Source of the DNA: a virus
Strand: one strand, 5' to 3'
Length of the DNA stretch: 64,000 nt
IMG/VR virus record: IMGVR_UViG_3300020048_000003
Each line of letters opens with the position of its first letter. The stretch's first letter is position 1. Shown in pieces: positions 48,873-57,873 of the stretch. The notes under the pieces are model-generated. The model saw nothing but the letters and a program-made list of their open reading frames with translations. It ran no database searches and had not been told where the DNA came from. The position numbers were made by a program, and so were the translations under genes.

Positions 48873-49220
48873 TTATTGTAAGTATTCATTTTTTTCATAC
48901 CAAGAATCTTTCCATAATTTTTCAGATTCTATTATAATCTCAGGATTTGTAATTTGATGTAATTTAGCTTTTCTTCTATATGTGATATTAACAAAGTCAA
49001 ATTCATATATTTCACTGAAGTTGTATTCTTGATCATAATTAATTTTTGTATATCTGTGAATTAAATATAATTTATTATCAACAAATAAACTCATTAAATC
49101 TAAGTACCATGTATTTGGTGCTTCAGAAGAATTTGATAATGATAAAAACAATTCAATTTTTTCTTGTTCAATTTTAGAGATAAGTGATTTTATAAAATTC
49201 TCACTTTCATCATAATGCAA
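48873..49220 (-). CDS. hypothetical protein
   Basis: ORF track. Confidence 0.45.
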   Translation of the reverse strand: MHYDESENFIKSLISKIEQEKIELFLSLSNSSEAPNTWYLDLMSLFVDNKLYLIHRYTKINYDQEYNFSEIYEFDFVNITYRRKAKLHQITNPEIIIESEKLWKDSWYEKNEYLQ

Positions 49221-49313
49221 TACAAATTCATGCCAATTGTTATTGTTAGTTATTTTTTATTAAAAATTTCTAAAATATAATTATCTTTATCATTTTTAAA
49301 TAGAATTGACGAT

Positions 49314-49634
49314 TTAAGTAACATCGTTTAATTTTTTAAGTTTTTCTTTTCTTTGATAAGTTATTATTAATTTTTTCATTAATTTATCACGTTCAAACTT
49401 ATTATAACCTAATTTTTGCATCATATTTGAAGTTATATTATTAGGTATGTTTATAATTTTTTCATATTTGCCTCTACTAAGTCTTTTTACAAATCCGGAA
49501 TTAAGCATATGATTAATATATTGACCCTCAGTAGAATTGCTGCTATCGGTTATACGGAGAGATATTCTCATTTCTTTTTTTGTAAATATTTTATTATTAT
49601 TTACAAAATCTACAACATCAGACCACTTACTCAT
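49314..49634 (-). CDS. hypothetical protein, family A
   Basis: C-terminal tail QRKEKLKKLNDVT. Confidence 0.45.
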   Translation of the reverse strand: MSKWSDVVDFVNNNKIFTKKEMRISLRITDSSNSTEGQYINHMLNSGFVKRLSRGKYEKIINIPNNITSNMMQKLGYNKFERDKLMKKLIITYQRKEKLKKLNDVT

Positions 49635-50064
49635 TTGTTAATTTTTTTAATTTTTCTTTTCTAAGTTCTTTTAATGGTGTTTTATTAAAATCTTCTATGT
49701 CAACAAAACAACCTCCACCAAAAAATGCTTGTATGCCAGATTTACTTGTTAGTGTCATTCCCAAATAACTTTCACCATCTAAATGAAATGAACCAATTTT
49801 TTCTATATAATTTTTACTACCATTAAATACATCTGTATCATCACCAATTGTTAGAACTTTATTATCATTAAGTCTTAAAATTGAATGAATATAATAATTA
49901 TCATACCAATTATATGTAGCATTTAATATTATAAAATTAAATTCTGAGTCTTTTTCTGTTATTATTATATTATTCCACTTCTCACGAGTTCTTAATTTTA
50001 AGAATCCATATTTTTCCTTGGTTACTATTCGTTTATAATAACTTAAAATTTTATAATTGGACAT
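49627..50064 (-). CDS. hypothetical protein, family A
   Basis: C-terminal tail LRKEKLKKLTNE. Confidence 0.45.
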   Translation of the reverse strand: MSNYKILSYYKRIVTKEKYGFLKLRTREKWNNIIITEKDSEFNFIILNATYNWYDNYYIHSILRLNDNKVLTIGDDTDVFNGSKNYIEKIGSFHLDGESYLGMTLTSKSGIQAFFGGGCFVDIEDFNKTPLKELRKEKLKKLTNE

Positions 50065-50119
50065 TGTTAATCTTGTTTAGTTTATTTCTTTAGAGTATAA
50101 TTTTTATATATAATAAAAT

Positions 50120-50593
50120 ATGGATAGTTTTAATAATTTTTTGAATGAGAGACGAACATGGACAAAAGAAATGCTCCAAAAAGAAGTAGATAAATATAAA
50201 ACTAGAGGAGAATTTAAGAAAAAAAGTGTAGGTGCATATATTAAATCTAGAAGATTAGGTATTTTAGATGATTTATTTAAAAATCATGAAAATCTAGGAT
50301 TTGATGAAAATAGAAAAACTAAAAATTATTGGACCGAAGAGAAATTACAAGATGAAGTTAATAAATATAAAACAAGAGGAGAATTTTGGAAAAATAATAG
50401 TGTAGCGGCAAATATAGCACTTAAGAAAGGATTAATGAATAATTTATTTAATAAACATCAAAACTTAGGTAATACAGATAAACAAGTTATATCTGGATAT
50501 TGGACAGAAGAAAAATTACAAAAAGAAGCCAATAAATATAAAATAGACATAGTTTTAGGGAAAATAGTAATGGCGCATACAAAGCAGCATTGA
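50120..50593 (+). pseudogene. N-terminal repeat-module fragment of a frameshifted GIY-YIG endonuclease gene
   Basis: Two and a half copies of the ~38-aa module WTEEKLQ.E.NKYKTRGEF.KN...A...KKGL...LF.KH.NLG. The third copy breaks near 50555-50585. The frame then continues in 50590..51309. Confidence 0.5.
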
Positions 50594-51309
50594 GAAAAGG
50601 GTTATTAGATGAGTTATTTAAAAATCACACAAATTGTGGCTACTTAAATAAGGATGAATGGAAAGAAAATAGTTATGTAATATATGCTTATGAATTACAA
50701 GAATACAATAAAGTTTATGTTGGATTAACCAATAATGTAAAAAGAAGAGATATAGAGCATTTATGGAGTGAAAAAGAAGCATTAAGTTTATTTTGTAGAG
50801 AAAATGATATAACATACCCAAAATATAACATTCTAGAAGATGATTTAAAATCAACAGAAGCACAGAAAAGAGAAAAATATTGGGTTGACGTCTACAAAGA
50901 AAATGGCTGGGAAATGTTTAATATCGCTAAAGCAGGTGCATTAGGTGGTTCTACAATAAAATGGAACAAAAAGTCATTACAACGAGAAGCAGATAAATAT
51001 AAAACAAGAACAGAATTTCAAAAAAATAATGGTGGTGCATATTTTGCCGCTTGCAAAAAAGGAATACTAGATGAATTATTTAAAAATCACTTAAACCTAG
51101 GACGTACAGACAAACAAGTTATTTCTGGTTATTGGACAAAAGAAAAATTACAAGAGATAGTTAATAAATATCTTACAAGAGGTGAATTTCAAAAGAACGC
51201 GAATTCTGCATATCAGGCCGCTCTTAAAAAAGGCTTAATGGATGAATTATTCAAGAATCACACAAATGATAGAAAATATATAAAATTTTTTGAAGATGTT
51301 AAAAAATGA
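50590..51309 (+). CDS. GIY-YIG homing endonuclease catalytic domain flanked by the same repeat modules
   Basis: YVIYAYELQEYNKVYVGLTNNVKRRDIEH matches the GIY...YIG...R...E/H signature. Confidence 0.6.
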   Translation: MRKGLLDELFKNHTNCGYLNKDEWKENSYVIYAYELQEYNKVYVGLTNNVKRRDIEHLWSEKEALSLFCRENDITYPKYNILEDDLKSTEAQKREKYWVDVYKENGWEMFNIAKAGALGGSTIKWNKKSLQREADKYKTRTEFQKNNGGAYFAACKKGILDELFKNHLNLGRTDKQVISGYWTKEKLQEIVNKYLTRGEFQKNANSAYQAALKKGLMDELFKNHTNDRKYIKFFEDVKK

Positions 51310-52128
51310 TTATTCTGATTTTTTTAGTTTTTCTACCTTTCTTCGTTTTCTTTCTTGATAGGTTATACCTTTAATAAAATGATTATCAATTTCATTTTGA
51401 TATTTTTGTCTATAGTCCTCAACATTATTTAGTCTTTCTTTTGCCATTTTAATATAATTTTCAGATATATCAATACCTACATAATTACAACCAAACAATG
51501 TTGCTGAAAGTGCGACGGTGCCAGATCCGCAATAAGGATCTAATACAATTTTATCCTTATCATTGTCAAATATAGAGTAGATAATCCTTGTAGGCAATTC
51601 TAACGGAAAAGGCGCAGGATGTGGGTTTTTATTCTCAGGCATTATATCCCATATGGCTGTAGCATTTGCGTGTTTTGGTAAAAGTTCTTTTCCTATTTTA
51701 GAATGGTTTGGTTTGTATAGCCAATAAATTCTTTCGTCTGTTTGCCAAAATCTCCATCCTCTTAAATTTCCAGTTATTTTTCTATTCCATACAATTTCTT
51801 GTTTAATCATGAAATTAGTTTTACTTAACCAAAGTATTGGATGAATCATATTTCCTTCATCCCATCTACATTTATGATTATAAAAAAATGAACCACCAGG
51901 TTTTAAAGTTCTATAAACTTCATTGATTACTTCAATCTGACGACTTTGATATACATCTTCTGGAAGATTATCATCATAAGAATCATACTTTACTTTTTTA
52001 ATAATCTGACCTTGATTATTTCGCTTATTATAGGGTGGGCTTGTAATTGCGAGATCAAAATAGTCAGAATCTATCAATTGTAATGTTTTTAATGTTTCTC
52101 CTATTAGTAATTCATTTAGTGGTTTCAT
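51310..52128 (-). CDS. DNA methyltransferase, beta class (N4-C/N6-A; motif IV SPPY before motif I), family A tail
   Basis: DLAITSPPYNKRN, then LDPYCGSGTVALSA. C-terminal tail RKRRKVEKLKKSE with no downstream gene. Confidence 0.7.
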   Translation of the reverse strand: MKPLNELLIGETLKTLQLIDSDYFDLAITSPPYNKRNNQGQIIKKVKYDSYDDNLPEDVYQSRQIEVINEVYRTLKPGGSFFYNHKCRWDEGNMIHPILWLSKTNFMIKQEIVWNRKITGNLRGWRFWQTDERIYWLYKPNHSKIGKELLPKHANATAIWDIMPENKNPHPAPFPLELPTRIIYSIFDNDKDKIVLDPYCGSGTVALSATLFGCNYVGIDISENYIKMAKERLNNVEDYRQKYQNEIDNHFIKGITYQERKRRKVEKLKKSE

Positions 52129-52256
52129 TTAGTTTTTTTAATTTTTCTTTTCTTTTCTTTGCTATGTTTTCACAGTCTGGGCAAAATTTTGAATTTATAC
52201 AATTTCCCTTAGCTTCATGTAATTTTACATGTGGACAAAGAAAACAATGTTTATCT

Positions 52257-52574
52257 TTACCTGGGCAAATTACTTTCATTAATTTGGTCTATTTTATTTT
52301 TACGTTCTTCTTTTATATCAATAATACCATATTTATCATGAAGCATTTCCAATATATCACGAACAATTACAATTTTAAGAGTCATTTCTTCTGCAAATGT
52401 ATCATCAATAGAAATATCAAATTCATTTTCTAAATCTATAATCATTTGAACTTGATCTAGAGAGTCTAGTCCTAATTTTACTAAATTTGTACCTAAGTTT
52501 ATATCATGATATTCAACACCATATTCTTTAATGGCTGCACTAACTGCTTTAAATAATTTTTGATGTACGTTCAT
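52257..52574 (-). CDS. acyl carrier protein-like
   Basis: LGLDSLDQVQMIIDLENEFDISI matches the ACP phosphopantetheine-site motif [21 protein letters not shown]. Confidence 0.6.
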   Translation of the reverse strand: MNVHQKLFKAVSAAIKEYGVEYHDINLGTNLVKLGLDSLDQVQMIIDLENEFDISIDDTFAEEMTLKIVIVRDILEMLHDKYGIIDIKEERKNKIDQINESNLPR

Positions 52575-53189
52575 TTAACTCTCATTTTTTAATTTGTTAC
52601 TAAATTCCACAAATAATCCTAACCAATGTTTAGGATTACAATCTTCATCATATATTCTATGTTTTAAAGAATTCAATGATGAATATTCTATAATGCTTCC
52701 ATTATCTTTAATTTGTTTACCAAAGTCTAATATTCGTAGAGCATGATAGATATTTTTACTTACATAATCAAAATTTTCATCTTTATATGAAAGAATTGCA
52801 TTGTGCCAACTTGCTGAAGCCAGACTTATAACTTTTTTACACATTTCTTTCTCATTATACTTATTCATTTTGAAGTTAAAAGTTTTCTTTACTATCATTT
52901 CTTCTGGTAAAAATATACATTCTAATGCTGACATTTGATAATTATTTATAGCATCTATAAATCCACCTCTTGAGTAGCAAGTACCTTGAATTTCTCTATT
53001 TTCAGATGAAATTGCATTATCTTTAAATGCTCCGCTTGGTAAAAGTGAACGCTTATGAACTATGATATAATCATAGTCTGAAAATTCAGTATTACTACCG
53101 TAAACATGAGAACCATAAGGATATATGTTTAATATATCATTTATGTTTAGATTTAAACTTTCACAAATTTCTTCAGCTGTAAATTTCAT
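52575..53189 (-). CDS. Pol-beta-superfamily nucleotidyltransferase domain protein
   Basis: YPYGSHVYGSNTEFSDYDYIIV matches GS...G...SD.D. Confidence 0.5.
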   Translation of the reverse strand: MKFTAEEICESLNLNINDILNIYPYGSHVYGSNTEFSDYDYIIVHKRSLLPSGAFKDNAISSENREIQGTCYSRGGFIDAINNYQMSALECIFLPEEMIVKKTFNFKMNKYNEKEMCKKVISLASASWHNAILSYKDENFDYVSKNIYHALRILDFGKQIKDNGSIIEYSSLNSLKHRIYDEDCNPKHWLGLFVEFSNKLKNES

Positions 53190-53349
53190 TTTTTTATATT
53201 ATTTAGTTTTTTTTGTCTAACATATCTTTCAATAACATCAAATGGTAAAGAATCTAATATTTGTTCATGTGATAGGTCTTTTATGCGCGGAAACCATTCC
53301 TCATATCCTTCTGTTATAAATATTCCAGGTCGTTTATATTTATTTAAAT

Positions 53350-53622
53350 CTATATTGATTGGCATAATTTTTTCAATTTTAATTTTCTATCTAATTTCTT
53401 AGTTGTGAATCTTGATGAAAAACAATTAATTATTCCTATATCACTATAAATTTGTACTTCATCAGCGTTATATTCTCTATATGATCTAATTACTGTATAT
53501 TCATTACCTTCTGTTAAATAATGAGTTAACCCCATGTTACAAATACAGATGATTCTATCACCTTCTTTCCATTTAGGGGTTCTCTTATCTGTTGGTTCAA
53601 AATATTTATATTTCATTTTCAA
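53350..53622 (-). CDS. small family A protein
   Basis: C-terminal tail LDRKLKLKKLCQSI. Confidence 0.4.
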   Translation of the reverse strand: MKMKYKYFEPTDKRTPKWKEGDRIICICNMGLTHYLTEGNEYTVIRSYREYNADEVQIYSDIGIINCFSSRFTTKKLDRKLKLKKLCQSI

Positions 53623-53881
53623 TGTTTTTAATCTTTTTTCTTCTTAATTCTTTTATTCCTGTAAAATGTTCTAATCTTGGATAACCATATAATGCAACAA
53701 ATAAGTTATAATTTATATTTACAAATTTAGTTGATAAAATAGTGATAAAATTATGATTATCATCAATATCAGTTATAATGAATTTATCATTTTTATTGAT
53801 AAGATGAGAACGACCCTGAGGATCTGTTGTTCTAAACTCTATTTTAGCAAATAAAACATCTCCAACCTTATAACCGTACAT
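53606..53881 (-). CDS. small family A protein
   Basis: C-terminal tail LRRKKIKNIENEI. Confidence 0.4.
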   Translation of the reverse strand: MYGYKVGDVLFAKIEFRTTDPQGRSHLINKNDKFIITDIDDNHNFITILSTKFVNINYNLFVALYGYPRLEHFTGIKELRRKKIKNIENEI

Positions 53882-54239
53882 TTTTTATCTTATTTAATTT
53901 ATCTTTTCTTACCGCCTTTAATGATATTGCAAAATAGTCTGAAATATTTGTATCTTTTGCTAATTCATAATATTTGAAAAATTCATCTTGAATTTGAATA
54001 GTATAGTTACGATCAACTTCGCTATTCAGATAATATACAGGATAAGATGAAACATGCAATTTATATTTTTTACCAAATATAAATCTACTATTATGATAGT
54101 TATTACTTTGATTTGGTGGTACTTGCGTACCAATTGGATATAAGTATTTCGTATCATAGCCAGTTTTTATACAATATAGTTCAGTAATTTTACCGGCTAT
54201 AATATCTCTTGCTATTTCATTGTCTTTCTTTTTGTCCAT
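53868..54239 (-). CDS. small family A protein
   Basis: C-terminal tail VRKDKLNKIKNVRL. Confidence 0.4.
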   Translation of the reverse strand: MDKKKDNEIARDIIAGKITELYCIKTGYDTKYLYPIGTQVPPNQSNNYHNSRFIFGKKYKLHVSSYPVYYLNSEVDRNYTIQIQDEFFKYYELAKDTNISDYFAISLKAVRKDKLNKIKNVRL

Positions 54240-54453
54240 TTATTTTCTCCAATTTTAATTTTCTGTATTTACTCAAAGTTATAAAATAATTTTCAATATA
54301 GTTTATAGAGACTTGAGTATCACATCTATCACCATGTAACATATATCTACCTACATAATTTAAATCTTCAATTTCATAAATTTTACCTTTTTCAAAGTTA
54401 AATCCCCATTGTTTATGCGTTGAAAAATCATCTTTTATTGCTATGTATTTCAT
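54217..54453 (-). CDS. small family A protein
   Basis: C-terminal tail YRKLKLEKINGQKERQ. Confidence 0.4.
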   Translation of the reverse strand: MKYIAIKDDFSTHKQWGFNFEKGKIYEIEDLNYVGRYMLHGDRCDTQVSINYIENYFITLSKYRKLKLEKINGQKERQ

Positions 54454-54673
54454 TTAATTTTTGTTTTCTTTCTTTTTGTATATCTATAAAATGATATTTG
54501 AAATATTCTTCACTAAATTGTCCAATATTTCGTCCTAATATAGATTTATTATTATCATAAACAAAGTAGTTGTACGGATAAAACTCACGTTGTTCAATAA
54601 TTTTATAAATATAAATTTGATTCATTTCAAATGATGAATTTGGTGCAATCGGGACAACTAATTTACATTTCAT
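54428..54673 (-). CDS. small family A protein
   Basis: C-terminal tail ERKQKLNEIHSNKR. Confidence 0.4.
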   Translation of the reverse strand: MKCKLVVPIAPNSSFEMNQIYIYKIIEQREFYPYNYFVYDNNKSILGRNIGQFSEEYFKYHFIDIQKERKQKLNEIHSNKR

Positions 54674-54992
54674 TACTTAGTTTTTTTAATTTTTCTTTTC
54701 TTTCGTTTTTTAAGTTTGTGAAATAATCATGAAAATATTTTTGTCTATCATATGATGTAATACTAATTTGATAATTTTTCTTGAATGAGAATTTATAGCC
54801 TGGTGCAATATCATATAATTTTGTCTTTCTACTTGAAAGAAGATTTTTATTATAATCTATCATATCTTCTGGATAAAAACGCATATATACAACATTAGCA
54901 TCAGCACAAATTTCATATTCATAATATTTGCCTGCCTGAAATTTTCCAAAGCCACATTCAATAGTTTTGATACATTTATATTTTTCCGCCAT
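54663..54992 (-). CDS. small family A protein
   Basis: C-terminal tail ERKEKLKKLSNEM. Confidence 0.4.
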   Translation of the reverse strand: MAEKYKCIKTIECGFGKFQAGKYYEYEICADANVVYMRFYPEDMIDYNKNLLSSRKTKLYDIAPGYKFSFKKNYQISITSYDRQKYFHDYFTNLKNERKEKLKKLSNEM

Positions 54993-55293
54993 CTGAAATA
55001 TTTTTTAATTTTTCTAACTTTTGTTTTCTTAAGAAGACTTCTCCCATATATCTAAAGTTATATCCTTCAGGTCCATAACAATCATAATCATTCCATTCAA
55101 ATTTAGTACCATCATTTTCAACAGATACATAGAAAAAGCCTCTCTTTCTTATTCCTTCTACTATATAATCATCTTCAGAAGAATTTGATAGTCTACTTAA
55201 AATAGCATCAATGCGCATCGGTCTAAATCCTAAATGCCGCATAGAATCTCTGTAACCAGTCTTTTCAGTTATCTTCCAATATACATTTTCCAT
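54976..55293 (-). CDS. small family A protein
   Basis: C-terminal tail LRKQKLEKLKNISDGGKI. Confidence 0.4.
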   Translation of the reverse strand: MENVYWKITEKTGYRDSMRHLGFRPMRIDAILSRLSNSSEDDYIVEGIRKRGFFYVSVENDGTKFEWNDYDCYGPEGYNFRYMGEVFLRKQKLEKLKNISDGGKI

Positions 55294-55459
55294 TTAGTTT
55301 ATCAAGTTTTTCTTTTCTCATTTTTACAATATCTTTACAATCAGGACATTGAGTATTCATATAACAATTCCTGTCCTCTTTGTGATTTTTTCCATGATAA
55401 CAATCATTTTCCCATTTACACATATGAGCCATTGGACAAATTACTATTATTTTTGGCAT
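55265..55459 (-). CDS. small Cys-rich family A protein (starts MPKI)
   Basis: Eight Cys. C-terminal tail MRKEKLDKLNGK. Confidence 0.4.
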   Translation of the reverse strand: MPKIIVICPMAHMCKWENDCYHGKNHKEDRNCYMNTQCPDCKDIVKMRKEKLDKLNGKCILEDN

Positions 55460-55689
55460 ATTTTTTTTAATTTTCTCTTTCTTAATTCCTTTAAAGTTGG
55501 TGTAGGTTTAGGTATCATACTATACTCTATATAACCTCTCATAAAAAGTATAGATCCAAATAAAACATCAATTGCTACTATTGTATACCATTTAACGTGA
55601 TCAGAAGCACTAAATATTAGAAATGCTGTCATAACTAACATTATCTTACCAAATTTCTTCCAATCAACTGTTTTTAGAAATTCTTTCAT
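55447..55689 (-). CDS. small membrane family A protein
   Basis: Two transmembrane helices. C-terminal tail LRKRKLKKICQK identical to that of 55888..56148. Confidence 0.4.
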   Translation of the reverse strand: MKEFLKTVDWKKFGKIMLVMTAFLIFSASDHVKWYTIVAIDVLFGSILFMRGYIEYSMIPKPTPTLKELRKRKLKKICQK

Positions 55690-55900
55690 TTATTTCTTGT
55701 ATTTTTAGTTTTCTAAAATATTCTATTTGATCTCTCTTTTTTTGAAATTCAATTCTTTTATATTCACCCAAATAATATTCATTTTTTATAATGTTTTTAC
55801 AATGAGGACACTTATCATCATAACCTTGCACCACATAATCACAGTACTCACAACGAATTCTGTAATATTTTTTTGGTTGACATGGTGTTATTTTTGGCAT
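55664..55900 (-). CDS. small zinc-ribbon family A protein (starts MPKI)
   Basis: CEYCDY...CPHCKN. C-terminal tail FRKLKIQEINER. Confidence 0.4.
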   Translation of the reverse strand: MPKITPCQPKKYYRIRCEYCDYVVQGYDDKCPHCKNIIKNEYYLGEYKRIEFQKKRDQIEYFRKLKIQEINERISKNS

Positions 55901-56148
55901 ATTTTTTTTAATTTTCTCTTTCTAATTTCTTTTGTCGCTGGTATAAATAAATCACTTCTAAAAGAAGAATTCTTATACTCTTTTACTTTTATCCATTCTT
56001 CATTTAATCCTTTAAATCCAAATTTTATATCAACACTTTCAACAACATGAATTGCATTAATATTATAAGTATTTTTATAATACATCAACGATTCAATATC
56101 GCCTGATAATCTATTCTTATCAAATATAACTAAATCTCCTTTTTTCAT
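55888..56148 (-). CDS. small family A protein
   Basis: C-terminal tail IRKRKLKKICQK. Confidence 0.4.
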   Translation of the reverse strand: MKKGDLVIFDKNRLSGDIESLMYYKNTYNINAIHVVESVDIKFGFKGLNEEWIKVKEYKNSSFRSDLFIPATKEIRKRKLKKICQK

Positions 56149-56630
56149 TTTTCATTTAACTTTTTTTCATACATCATTTTAACTCTATCAACATCAATAG
56201 TTTGAAAGTTAGTCATATATCCAATTTCGTTATATGCTGATCCCATTTTTTCAATAGTATCAATACATAAGCCTTTAATTGAATCTAAACTTAAATTGTT
56301 ATTAATAGTTGGCAATGCTAAGTATAAATAAATACAAATATCATTGTTATTTGAATTGTATGCAATTTGCTGAAATTGATATACCATATCTTTATCAATT
56401 TTTCTGATAATATGAGATAGTATCATATTGGTATCTTCACATACTTTATTACCACATGTTTTCCATAAGTTGAAACCAAGAGCCACAACCATTTTAAGAT
56501 CCTCTACAGGATTTTTAGAATTGGTCAATGCTTTTGTAAACCGATTCATTTGGTTTGCAATAGTTGACTCTACATTATCATATGTTTCACCCTTTGAAGG
56601 ATTGTTGATTAACTTTTCTACATCTATCAT
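56145..56630 (-). CDS. hypothetical protein
   Basis: ORF track. Confidence 0.45.
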   Translation of the reverse strand: MIDVEKLINNPSKGETYDNVESTIANQMNRFTKALTNSKNPVEDLKMVVALGFNLWKTCGNKVCEDTNMILSHIIRKIDKDMVYQFQQIAYNSNNNDICIYLYLALPTINNNLSLDSIKGLCIDTIEKMGSAYNEIGYMTNFQTIDVDRVKMMYEKKLNEK

Positions 56631-56641
56631 ATTTTATTTTA

Positions 56642-57127
56642 TTAAAAAAATTTACTCCAGAATTTTTTTTTCTTTTCTGGTAATTTAAAATCAGCTTCAA
56701 TCTGTTCAGGTTCAGCAGGTTTAGTAGGTTCAACTTCAACAACTTTTTTTACTACCGGAATTGGATCAGGCATAGTTTTAGATATTTCCTCTAAGGCTTT
56801 TAACTTAGTTGCTCTATCTTCAAGTCCAAACGCTTCAATTAGTTTCTGCATTGCTTCTTTTTCTTTCTGTACTTTTATAATTGCTTCAGCATTTTTAAAA
56901 ATTTCATGTGCTTTCAAGAAAATTTCTGCGGATAACTTCCTATTCACAAAGGCATATTGTTGTGGTGATATTAAAGTAACCTCTCTTGAATGAACATGCA
57001 TTAGAATATAATAATTCTTTACTTTATGCTTGATTGAGGTAAGTGTTTGATTGGACCAGTTGTCTGGATAATCTAATTCTTTTAATAGCTTTGCCGCTAA
57101 TGCTTTTTCAAATATTTCTACGTCCAT
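56642..57127 (-). CDS. hypothetical protein
   Basis: ORF track. Confidence 0.45.
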   Translation of the reverse strand: MDVEIFEKALAAKLLKELDYPDNWSNQTLTSIKHKVKNYYILMHVHSREVTLISPQQYAFVNRKLSAEIFLKAHEIFKNAEAIIKVQKEKEAMQKLIEAFGLEDRATKLKALEEISKTMPDPIPVVKKVVEVEPTKPAEPEQIEADFKLPEKKKKFWSKFF

Positions 57128-57176
57128 AATTATAATTTTATATGGGGCTAATATATGAAGAATATTTAAAATAAAA

Positions 57177-57205
57177 AAACCTCCGAAGAGGTTTATTTTT
57201 TTGTT
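57177..57205. terminator. rho-independent terminator (hairpin flanked by T-runs on both strands)
   Basis: AACCTC-CGAA-GAGGTT. Confidence 0.5.
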
Positions 57206-57579
57206 TTTACTGTTGGCTCAAAATCTTTTTTTAATTGTCTATTATAGTAAGTTTCAAAGTCGGTTTTTAGAAAAGACCATTCACGATTTTTAAAATCAAC
57301 ACAACCATTTACAGTCTTTACATCACTTGAATATTGAATTGAAATTCTATTGTAATACCAATAATTTTGAATACTACCTTTGAAATTTTTATATGTAAAA
57401 GAATATGTTATATCTTTTTTACCATATCCATCCCTTGGTGTGTGTTTTGTGAATTTGAATCCTTTTTTCGTAAGGAAATCTATTGGAATTTCAATAACAG
57501 TTTCATAAACTTCATTGGTTAACTTTTCAACCTCACTTCTTAATTGAAGAAGTTCATTTAATTTTTTCTCAGGAGTCAT
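57193..57579 (-). CDS. hypothetical protein
   Basis: ORF track. Confidence 0.45.
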   Translation of the reverse strand: MTPEKKLNELLQLRSEVEKLTNEVYETVIEIPIDFLTKKGFKFTKHTPRDGYGKKDITYSFTYKNFKGSIQNYWYYNRISIQYSSDVKTVNGCVDFKNREWSFLKTDFETYYNRQLKKDFEPTVKTKK

Positions 57580-57583
57580 ATTT

Positions 57584-57844
57584 TTAGTTTATCATGTTAA
57601 TAACATCTGAAATTTCAGAATTGAATAATACCTTTTGCTGTTCAGCACTAGAGGTATTGAATAAATCAAGGATTTTATGAACAGTATCAAGAACTTGTTC
57701 TTTTTCTGCGTCACCATTCAAATTTTCTTCAACTAAACTTTCAAAAATGCCAAATTTACCATTGTTTTGGCAAAGAGTTGAAAATGAATGTTCTACTTTA
57801 TTGATGAATTTCTGTGTCATAGTTTTACCGTTTTGATAGTACAA
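57584..57844 (-). CDS. hypothetical protein
   Basis: ORF track. A class-1 promoter lies at 57840-57852. Confidence 0.45.
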   Translation of the reverse strand: MYYQNGKTMTQKFINKVEHSFSTLCQNNGKFGIFESLVEENLNGDAEKEQVLDTVHKILDLFNTSSAEQQKVLFNSEISDVINMIN

Positions 57845-57873
57845 AGATACGGAAAAGGTTTAGAATAAAAAAA

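Noticed and set aside
55234-56050. Plus-strand ORFs 55234..55470, 55349..55534 and 55727..56050, and others such as 24638..25033, 14282..14488, 12459..12650, 16409..16600, 26190..26402, 61190..61402, 62150..62413
   Set aside because: They are antisense to stronger minus-strand genes with recognisable domains or motifs. They are low-complexity Phe/Ile/Leu-rich translations of AT-rich antisense DNA, and therefore spurious.
53340-56160. Regularly recurring ~30-bp repeat that could look like a CRISPR array
   Set aside because: The repeats lie inside consecutive ORFs at their 3' ends. Spacing equals gene lengths (190-370 bp) rather than 25-40-bp spacers. The repeat copies are degenerate at codon third positions. 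It is a gene-junction or C-terminal-tail motif, not a CRISPR.
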